DNA of 37,397 bases from Stramenopiles sp. TOSAG23-2 (Eukaryota): contig LT649326.1 in assembly GCA_900128395.1 (NCBI GenBank), positions 1 to 37,397 of the forward strand, read 5' to 3'. Made by a program: the position numbers and the translations under genes. Shown here piece by piece: positions 29,467 to 37,397 of the stretch. The notes beneath the pieces were generated by a model, which did no database searches, was not told the origin of the DNA, and worked only from the letters and a program-made list of their open reading frames with translations. How positions within the stretch are numbered: the stretch's first letter is position 1; every line of letters begins with the position of its first letter.

Positions 29467-30750
29467 TCAATCATCAAAAGATTTCAAATATTGTCGTTTT
29501 TGTTCAATAATTTTCTTTTTTTGTTCTATCCAACGATTTAATTTTAACAACATTTTATTTTGTATGATAATCATTTCTTGTGGATTGCGTCTTGTTGGAT
29601 CTACCATTTGTTCATGCCTTTGTATATTTCTAGCTACGATAGCGGCACGTGCAGCAGCAGCAGCTTTTTCATCCGCTTGTTGTTTTCTGAAATCAGCCAT
29701 TATTTTTCTTCTTTTTGCAGCTTGGTCTCGTTTAAACCGGCTCTCATCAATATTAGCAAATTGTTTACTAGAATTATTGGTATATTGGCTTCCACTATTA
29801 TTTTGCTTACTATCTGAAAACAGAGGCGAAGATGATTTAATATCATTGATTGGTGTATTAAATACAATTTCTGTAGTTGTATTTGTATTGCCCCAATCTA
29901 TTGTTTTCTCTGCCTTTTGTTTTTTCCCATTATTACTACTACCATCATCATTTATGCCAATGCTACTACTACTGCTATTATTATCATTCATACTTGGTAC
30001 ATTATTATTATCAGAAGCACGTGGTGGCAATGATGACGATTCCCCAGAAATAAACTTCGAACTAATTTTTAAACCATTTAAATTTAATATTACACTTTTT
30101 CGACCTTTCGATGGAAATAATTTAGACATTTGACGACATCGATGTTCTAATTTTATCGGTCGTATACGTTTATACATATTTGAAGGAATTGAACCAAGGT
30201 TATTCGATTCAATAGTATGTTTTGCACATATAAATTTTGTTGTGGACAATTCTAAAATAGCTCTTGGAATGCATTTTCGACAATATGCTGCCGTACATCG
30301 AAAGCATTTTAACAATTTTCCTTTATCATCATCTTCCGGTATTTTACAAGTTTGGCATTGATGCATTGGACAAATATATTTGCTAAAAAACTCATCTTCA
30401 TTTAAAGGTTCGGGTTTTTCATCCTCCCGCAAAGTTTTTAGAATACATTTTTTATGAAAACGATGTCCACAAATTTTATTACATTGAACGACTGATCTTT
30501 GTTTATCATGGGCGTATTCTTTACATATGAAACAACGATGTATCCCATGGGTGCAATCAAAACATGCCCAATATTCATTTTTATCATCAGATGGTCTTCC
30601 ATCACCAACTTCAATACAATCAGAATGATAACTTTTTAAACAATATCCATCACATGTTTTTAAATCATCAGTTGTTTCACATATTGCACATATATCATCT
30701 GCAAAATTATTCGTAATTTCTTGTGGCACGTCCATTGCTAATGTTGCCAT
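29467..30750 (-). CDS. Multi-PHD-finger chromatin protein (NSD-type PHD cassette, no SET domain seen)
   Basis: DICAIC...CDGYCLKSYHSDC...CFDC, CFIC...CGHRFHKKC, CPMHQCQTC...CFRCTAAYCRKC...CAKH. Confidence 0.82.
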   Translation of the reverse strand: MATLAMDVPQEITNNFADDICAICETTDDLKTCDGYCLKSYHSDCIEVGDGRPSDDKNEYWACFDCTHGIHRCFICKEYAHDKQRSVVQCNKICGHRFHKKCILKTLREDEKPEPLNEDEFFSKYICPMHQCQTCKIPEDDDKGKLLKCFRCTAAYCRKCIPRAILELSTTKFICAKHTIESNNLGSIPSNMYKRIRPIKLEHRCRQMSKLFPSKGRKSVILNLNGLKISSKFISGESSSLPPRASDNNNVPSMNDNNSSSSSIGINDDGSSNNGKKQKAEKTIDWGNTNTTTEIVFNTPINDIKSSSPLFSDSKQNNSGSQYTNNSSKQFANIDESRFKRDQAAKRRKIMADFRKQQADEKAAAAARAAIVARNIQRHEQMVDPTRRNPQEMIIIQNKMLLKLNRWIEQKKKIIEQKRQYLKSFDD

Positions 30751-30990
30751 TTTCCCCGTCTTTTTTCGTCACTAAATCGATGATAGCCTATATATACTAG
30801 ATATATAATTATCTTTTCTGTTGTTCTTTGTATATATATCTTGCCATGGTTGCTCTTCCTTTTTCCAACTTCTTCCAACAACATCTCTCATTGTTGTGCA
30901 CTTTTGTTGGTTAGGATGGGGCCACCATAGCCGTTATAATAGGATGAGCTAGTCTCTTTAGATTACAATACCAGGCACCAAGTACAGTAT

Positions 30991-31141
30991 AGCTTTCAGC
31001 TTTTTGGCTAACTTTTATAGGCTTTCTGAGCTTTCCAGCTTTCCTGGCCTTAGGGCTGGCCCAGCTGGCTTTCCTGGCTTTCCTGGCTTTCCATCAGCTT
31101 TCCGTGTGGCTTTTCCTGGAGGCTATATAGCTTTTTTCAGC
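30991..31141. promoter_or_regulatory. GCTTTCC-rich array in a divergent intergenic region
   Basis: Roughly ten GCTTT cores (e.g. gctttccagctttcctggc, gctttcctggctttcctggctttcc), the reverse complement of the 12.5-kb array. The role is inferred from position only. Confidence 0.5.
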
Positions 31142-31356
31142 AATTTTATACTTGGTACATATCACTTGCACACTTCAATATTTATTCTATTGCTAATATG
31201 CTGATGCCTTTATTTAGGGCTGGATTGAATATATATATATGTATACTATTTATTTAGATATACACAATATTATATTATATTATATACATACATACATACA
31301 TACATACATACACAAACACAAACACAATCAGTAAACACTTATCAATAGAATTCATC

Positions 31357-33225
31357 ATGGCAACGTTAATCGTTCATACCGTTAGAAATATTCAAGACAT
31401 ACGTCAAAATACAGAAGAAGGCGGCATTCAAGTTGATATCAAAACGACAGGTAAGCGTAAGAAACAAATTAAAAATTTCTTCTATCGTATGTTGTTACCA
31501 AATAAAACGTATACATATTATACAATTGAAGTAACTTGTCCTGGTCATGAAACTTATACAATAGAGAGGCGATATAGTGAATTTTATATTTTAAATACAT
31601 TATTAAAAAGAAAATTTTCTATGGTGAAGTTTCTAAATTTTCCGGGTAAAATGTATTTCTTTTTTAATACATTAAAGGAAAGTACAATAGAACAAAGACG
31701 AAAAAAATTTATATTATATTTGCGAGGATTATTAACTTTGCGCCCCCGTCCTTTTGATTTGAGAAGATTTCTAGCGTTACCTGATACGCATACAGAATAT
31801 AATGTTACTGCCGGCAAGCCATTTGCTACAGATGAAGAAAGGGCGATGATGAACACTACAAAACCTACTAGAAAGAAAGATAAATATTCCATCGATGATT
31901 TTGAACTTCTACGTATGTTAGGGAAAGGTGCTTATGGTAAAGTATTTTTAGTACGACTATTGGAAACCAAAGAAGAATTTGCTATGAAAGTTTTACAAAA
32001 AGATATAATTAAAAAGAAAGATCAAGTCCAACATACAAAATCAGAAAGAAATGTAATGGCAAGTAATACATATCATCCATTTATTGTTACATTACGATTT
32101 GCATTTCAATCAACAGCACATTTATATATGGTAACCGATTTCATGCGTGGTGGTGAATTGTATTATCATATAAATAAATTTCTAAAAAAAGGTAGAGTAT
32201 TTACAGAAAAAATGGTATTATTATATTTAGCTGAAATTACATGCGGCCTATTGCATTTGCATAAACATCAAATCGTGTACCGGGATTTAAAACCAGAAAA
32301 TGTGTTAATGGACGAATTTGGTCATGTACGTATAGCAGATTTTGGATTAGCGCATGACAATTTAACAGATGCGGAACATGGAGCGACAACTTTCTGTGGG
32401 ACACCTCACTATGTATCCCCAGAAATGCTTGATAATCATTATTATAAGAATGATCTTGCAGGATATGGAACAAGTGTTGATTTTTGGGCACTAGGTGTGA
32501 TGGCATATGAAATGTCTCAGGGTGCATTGCCATTTTATGATAAGAATTATAAAAAAATGTTTATCAAAATATTACGTCAACCCTTAACATATAGGAGAAA
32601 TGTTAGTAGGAATTTAGAAGATTTAATTGAGTCATTATTAGAACGCAACGTGGATAAACGATTAAATGGAGATGATATTATGGATCATATTTTCTTTAAA
32701 TCTATTGATCCTGTTAAATTGTATAATCGAGAAATTACTCCAACGTACATTCCATCCAAAGGCATAAATGTTGATGCAAAACAAGTACCACAAGGCAAGG
32801 CGCCTTCAAAGTTAAGCGATGCAGAAGAGATAGCAAAGCTGCGTGATTCTGAATTGCCACATTTTGATAATTTTACATTTACTGATGGTGTGCTTGCAAA
32901 TGCTGATGGTAATGATGATTTGAAAACACAACAAGATGAAGATAATTTAATTGATTATTTAGTAAAAAGTTTAGAGAAAGAGGATGAAGCAATATTTAAA
33001 CAACGGGAGATGGAAAATGAAATTGATCAGAAATCACGCAAGGATTCTTTAGCTGCATATAGGGAAGTTAGAGCCTCCATTAAGGAAGTTTACGCATCTG
33101 GGGGAACACCAAACAAGGAATTTTTTGAGCGTGTAACTAGTCAAGATCAATCTGAAAGGAGTAGTGAAAATGAATATGTTTACAAAACACCGCCAGAACC
33201 TGTATCGTTGTTGAAAGAAACGTGA
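31357..33225 (+). CDS. PX-domain AGC-group Ser/Thr kinase (SGK/AKT-like)
   Basis: PX motif IERRYSEF...FPGK...IEQRR; kinase motifs GKGAYGKV, AMK, YRDLKPEN, DFG, TFCGTPHYVSPE; hydrophobic motif FDNFTF. Confidence 0.93.
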   Translation: MATLIVHTVRNIQDIRQNTEEGGIQVDIKTTGKRKKQIKNFFYRMLLPNKTYTYYTIEVTCPGHETYTIERRYSEFYILNTLLKRKFSMVKFLNFPGKMYFFFNTLKESTIEQRRKKFILYLRGLLTLRPRPFDLRRFLALPDTHTEYNVTAGKPFATDEERAMMNTTKPTRKKDKYSIDDFELLRMLGKGAYGKVFLVRLLETKEEFAMKVLQKDIIKKKDQVQHTKSERNVMASNTYHPFIVTLRFAFQSTAHLYMVTDFMRGGELYYHINKFLKKGRVFTEKMVLLYLAEITCGLLHLHKHQIVYRDLKPENVLMDEFGHVRIADFGLAHDNLTDAEHGATTFCGTPHYVSPEMLDNHYYKNDLAGYGTSVDFWALGVMAYEMSQGALPFYDKNYKKMFIKILRQPLTYRRNVSRNLEDLIESLLERNVDKRLNGDDIMDHIFFKSIDPVKLYNREITPTYIPSKGINVDAKQVPQGKAPSKLSDAEEIAKLRDSELPHFDNFTFTDGVLANADGNDDLKTQQDEDNLIDYLVKSLEKEDEAIFKQREMENEIDQKSRKDSLAAYREVRASIKEVYASGGTPNKEFFERVTSQDQSERSSENEYVYKTPPEPVSLLKET

Positions 33226-33571
33226 GGAAGAGAGAGAGAGTGCGTGTGTTGTGGTTCTCCAGTACGAGTCGTAAATTACACAAATAAATATTAGTATATT
33301 ATCTATAATGTGTATCATGTATGATATGCATATATATAGTATGATATCATATATATATTAGTGCACCTGGGATATATACGTGTATATTTTATATATTTTT
33401 TTAGATTTTAACCATCATTTATTATTAATATTTTTTATAAATAATAATTTTATATATATATCTCATTTTTATTTATTATTATTAATTTAAAATATTTAAA
33501 TAATTTATAATTATACGAAGTCGTAAAAAAAACATCATTACGCACACGGAATAATATTATCCCTCCATTTT

Positions 33572-35557
33572 TCAAATTCGACTATAATTTGGCGCATTCG
33601 GGTCACGTATAGCATCAGCTTTATCTGGTTGTATTGCTATCAATGCTTGTACGGCTAAACCAGCTGTACGTAAGTCTTTTCTTAATTTACCAGCTTTTTT
33701 AGCTTCCTCACTTAGTTGGCCTTTTTGTTGGCTACCTTGTGAATTTGCAAACGCAACAAATGCATTTCTTGAAGGATATTGCATTGTTGCAATTTGATCA
33801 TAGTGAACGTCGCCTACAAGAGTATAAACATGTCTACCAGAAGAGAATTTTAAGCCACCACTACCACCTTCATGTCCTGGAACCTTACCCGAAGTTATAA
33901 CGCCACTAGCACGTTTACCATATTGTGCATAAAATGAGTTATCTTCCAATTTTAACAAATTTAATTTCCATATTCTACCTTCACTAAATTTATTATCTTG
34001 AATATATTTAATAAATGGTCCCGGCGATCCACCAATTTGCTGCATGAGTTGTTTGTTTTTTGCTTTTTCCTCTGCAAGATGCGTTGCTTCTGCAAAATCA
34101 ATATCAGTTTCCACCTGGGCGTTTTCCATCAAGGGGGTTCTTTTCCCCTTACTTGGATCAATCCAAAACCCATCAAATGCATGTACTTCATATACATCAG
34201 TAAATTCTGTATGTGATCTATGAGAACTATCTCCAGACCATGTTTTGAATGCATCAATTGATGGAAATTCTACAATTGAAACTCCATCCCATTCTGGTAC
34301 TAATCCTCCTCCATTTACCACTGTTCGAACATAGTCAAATGCTTTGAATATTGTTTTTCCACCAGCATTACGAACAACTGATTCTTGATTATCGAAATAT
34401 GTATTATACGCTGCAGCCAACTCATTACTTTTAAATTTTACTAAAGTCATAACCCAAAAAGGAGTATGATTAGGAAACACTTTCCCATTTACAAAATCAT
34501 TCATACGACTATTTGATGATGCTGATGATGATGCAGTAAAATTTTTAGAAATGCCATATTCTTCCTCGTATTTTGGAGTAACAAACATCAATTTCCCTGT
34601 TACTTTTCTATTTTGAAACATATCAAAACCTTCGATGGCACTTTTAAATGGCAATACATTTGTTACCAACGGTTTGTATTTCCCATCCCGAAACATATCT
34701 AATACTTCTTGCCGCTCAGCTTGTGTTTGCTCTGGGTATACACGTTGAGATTCTGCCAATGCAGAGCCTAATATACTAGCTTCTTTCAATAACAATAAAT
34801 TAATAGGAATTCTTGGTATTTCTCCAGCTGCAAAACCAATCACAATAAGTCTTCCTCGAAATGCTAATGCTCTAACAGCAGGCTCGCAATATTTATCCCC
34901 AACAGGATCATAAACTACATCAGCACCTTTCCCATTTGTCAACTCGCGTACTTTTAATTTAAGATTTTCTGAGTCATAATTAATTAAGTGATCTGCGCCA
35001 AGGTTTTTGCATACGGATAGTTTTGCTTCTGTTGATGCACAAGCAATTACAGTTGCTCCCAATATTTTGCCAATTTGTATTGCAGTACTTCCAACTCCAC
35101 CACTTGCTCCTAAAACAAGTAATGTTTCCCCTGCTTTTATTTTTGCGCGATATTTCAATGCATGCAAAGAAGTGACATAAGAATATGGGGATGGTGCATA
35201 TATTGGATCAATATCACGGTCCAGCTTTAATACACCTAAGCTATTTAAAATTTTGTATTCACAAAACATTCCATTACCTGCACCTATAACCATATCTCCC
35301 ATTTCAAGTCCTTTCACATCTGTTCCTAGTGCTATAATGCGCCCACAAGCTTCGCCTCCCAGCGTAAACGGCGGTTTCTGTTTCAATTGATATTTATTTT
35401 GCATCAATAATAATTGTACAAAGTCACATCCACACGCCAACACTTCAACAAGTATTTCTAGTGGTTTTAACTCATTTTTTGTTGGTTTTCTTATTAAATT
35501 GGATTTCACTGCTTCTGATGCAGTCGGTCCATAATTGATACATTGTATACTTTGCAT
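33572..35557 (-). CDS. NADPH:quinone oxidoreductase (MDR/zeta-crystallin-like) fused to two DUF1330-like domains
   Basis: PPFTLGGEACG, LVLGASGGVG, GKGADVVYDPVG and GFAAGEIP. The C-half has WDGVSIVEFPSIDAF and YDQIATMQYPSRNAF (DUF1330-like). Ends in SRI. Confidence 0.85.
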   Translation of the reverse strand: MQSIQCINYGPTASEAVKSNLIRKPTKNELKPLEILVEVLACGCDFVQLLLMQNKYQLKQKPPFTLGGEACGRIIALGTDVKGLEMGDMVIGAGNGMFCEYKILNSLGVLKLDRDIDPIYAPSPYSYVTSLHALKYRAKIKAGETLLVLGASGGVGSTAIQIGKILGATVIACASTEAKLSVCKNLGADHLINYDSENLKLKVRELTNGKGADVVYDPVGDKYCEPAVRALAFRGRLIVIGFAAGEIPRIPINLLLLKEASILGSALAESQRVYPEQTQAERQEVLDMFRDGKYKPLVTNVLPFKSAIEGFDMFQNRKVTGKLMFVTPKYEEEYGISKNFTASSSASSNSRMNDFVNGKVFPNHTPFWVMTLVKFKSNELAAAYNTYFDNQESVVRNAGGKTIFKAFDYVRTVVNGGGLVPEWDGVSIVEFPSIDAFKTWSGDSSHRSHTEFTDVYEVHAFDGFWIDPSKGKRTPLMENAQVETDIDFAEATHLAEEKAKNKQLMQQIGGSPGPFIKYIQDNKFSEGRIWKLNLLKLEDNSFYAQYGKRASGVITSGKVPGHEGGSGGLKFSSGRHVYTLVGDVHYDQIATMQYPSRNAFVAFANSQGSQQKGQLSEEAKKAGKLRKDLRTAGLAVQALIAIQPDKADAIRDPNAPNYSRI

Positions 35558-36080
35558 GTTGAAAATTTATATATAAAAGAATATATATTTGTTTGTGCGT
35601 TTATTTCGTATAAATTTTTGTATACCCTATATATACCTTTTATATTCCTTCTTTTTCTTCTTTTATTACGGTATATGTGCATGCATATAAAATATTCATG
35701 TTGTGTGTTGGCAACAACAAAAGAAGGGTAGGACATTAACATTGACATTAAGATTAAGAATTAAGAGGATCACAGCACCAATTTTTTATTATTATAATAT
35801 AATAAATTATATATACAGTATACACCAATTTATACATGTATAATACCCGTACCTTAATTCTAGAAGAAGAAGAATATATATACATTCGAAATACATGTAG
35901 TACTGTATAAAATAAATCACTGAATAATACTTTTGTTGTTTTCTTGTTGTTATATTGTGTGCATCAATGTATACCAGGTATTATAATATGTATGTTATGT
36001 ATTGTAAAGATTTACATAATATTCATACATACCATATTTGATTTCATATTATTTATATCATCATTAGAAACAATATAATC

Positions 36081-37031
36081 ATGCGTCGTGCCGCTGCTAT
36101 TAATGTTGCTTCTGCTGGAAAGCAACAACAGTTTAAAGGAAGGAATGCTAATTATTTAATATCAATGTTATTAAACAAAATTGCAAAATATGGTGTTTTA
36201 CCATCTGTTGGTAAAAATATCATCGCTTATTCAGGTGGTATTGACTCTACTGTTACTGCAGCATTAGTATATCGTATGTTTCCACAAAATACCATTGCAG
36301 TCACTGGTATATCGTCGTCTTTGTCACAAACGCAGCTAGATCAAGCAAGAGATGTTGCAAAATTTATTGGAGTGAAACATGTAGAAACTGAAACAAATGA
36401 AGGAGAAAAAGAAGGTTATATCAAAAATGTAGGTAATGCTTGTTATTATTGTAAAACAACTTTATATGAACGATTGAAACAAGTTCAAGAATATGCGATT
36501 GCAGAAACAATGGACATGAAAAATAATAACGATAATAATGATAATGCAATTGGTAGACAACCAGAAGTTGTCTTATTTAATGGTACAAATAGCGAAGATT
36601 TATTAGATGATACTCGCGTTGGTTTAATTGCTGCTAAAGAATTTTCTGTGTTTTCACCATTGGAAAATATAACAAAAGATGAAGTACGAATAGTTGGGCA
36701 ATATTTAAATTTACCAAATTATAATGCAGCAGCAAGTCCATGTTTGAGAAGTAGATTAGCATTTGGTATTGAAGCAACTGAGGGGCATTTAAAAGCAGTT
36801 GAATTAGCGGAAGATAAAGTTAGGTTACAAATGAAATTATTACCTGAAGAGAATATGCGTGTACGACTATTACCGAAACATCAAGCTGCATTAGAAGTAC
36901 ATGAAGATAGACTGATTGATGCTCAAGAGACATTGAAGATCATTCAAGATGATTTGGAAATATTAGGATTCACCAATATATATGCAAGAGCTTTTAAAAG
37001 TGGTAGTGTTAGTGGTTATGTAAAAAAGTAA
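36081..37031 (+). CDS. larE: LarE-like ATP-dependent sulfur transferase (PP-loop family)
   Basis: AYSGGIDS PP-loop, ACYYCK, NGTNSED..D.TRVGLIAAKE, SPL...TKDEVR, ASPCLRSR, NMRVR and a terminal FKSGS. Confidence 0.85.
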   Translation: MRRAAAINVASAGKQQQFKGRNANYLISMLLNKIAKYGVLPSVGKNIIAYSGGIDSTVTAALVYRMFPQNTIAVTGISSSLSQTQLDQARDVAKFIGVKHVETETNEGEKEGYIKNVGNACYYCKTTLYERLKQVQEYAIAETMDMKNNNDNNDNAIGRQPEVVLFNGTNSEDLLDDTRVGLIAAKEFSVFSPLENITKDEVRIVGQYLNLPNYNAAASPCLRSRLAFGIEATEGHLKAVELAEDKVRLQMKLLPEENMRVRLLPKHQAALEVHEDRLIDAQETLKIIQDDLEILGFTNIYARAFKSGSVSGYVKK

Positions 37032-37397
37032 AAAAAAAAAGTGGCATGTTAACATATATATGATACACACATGTTTTAAAAGTAATATGTATACATTTTA
37101 TATTGATTAAGACCCGATGTATCTGAGAGAGGACTTTTCTGGCCGATATTGATAAATAACATATTATATAGGTAAATATCTCTAGTATACAACTACTCCG
37201 TACTTAGACCAGAGATTTCAACCAATATTTGAGGGGAAAAATAAATAATTAAAAAATAAAAAACAAACATGTAAATATGATGGGAAAGTGTGAAAATGTC
37301 ACCAATGTAACTTTTGTGTGATGGATTACTTAATGGAGATGCACAACTTCACCATTGTGTCATTTCACTTTCTGTTGATCAAAAAAAATATTCTTTA

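Noticed and set aside
29560-30133. Antisense ORFs overlapping real genes (here and at 2661-3089, 7267-7704, 25888-26334 and similar)
   Set aside because: They are shadow frames of well-supported genes on the opposite strand and have no recognisable motifs.
31004-31204. 66-aa ORF with FPGFPGFP repeats
   Set aside because: It is the translation of the GCTTTCCTG array in an intergenic region, with a non-ATG start.
37284-37372. Hairpin as a SECIS element or C/D snoRNA
   Set aside because: Spacing does not fit the SECIS core and apical loop, larE has no in-frame UGA, and there is no proper RUGAUGA/CUGA box pair.

Overview
AT-rich, very gene-dense and almost intron-free eukaryotic nuclear DNA from a protist (a stramenopile-like flagellate is a guess; standard genetic code). 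It holds 17 complete protein genes and one partial gene in nearly strict head-to-head/tail-to-tail alternation, plus one tRNA-Thr(AGT). Genes include a kinesin-3 (motor-FHA-C2-CaaX) split by the only intron found, a secreted CULT/cereblon-like protein, CCT-alpha, archease, LMBRD1, an FHA-LRR protein, an AMT1/MTA1-type DNA N6-adenine methyltransferase, RPS6, a KIAA0825-like protein, a Tim17-family protein, a SHOCT + double NMNAT protein, a PP2A-type catalytic subunit, a PHD protein, a PX-AGC kinase, a quinone oxidoreductase-DUF1330 fusion and a eukaryotic LarE. The most anomalous segment is about 23.0-25.1 kb. It has no intact gene but carries a 20-bp inverted repeat pair, four copies of a hairpin motif with a compensatory base change, an A38 run, a probable giant-virus gene fragment and the stranded 3' end of a host-like gene. 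Divergent intergenic regions carry GGAAAGC/AGCT arrays and are CpG-poor, while convergent ones are CpG-rich, which together with AMT1 hints at a methylation-shaped genome. Four short tandem duplications may be assembly artefacts. All homology calls are from motif recognition; no searches were run.
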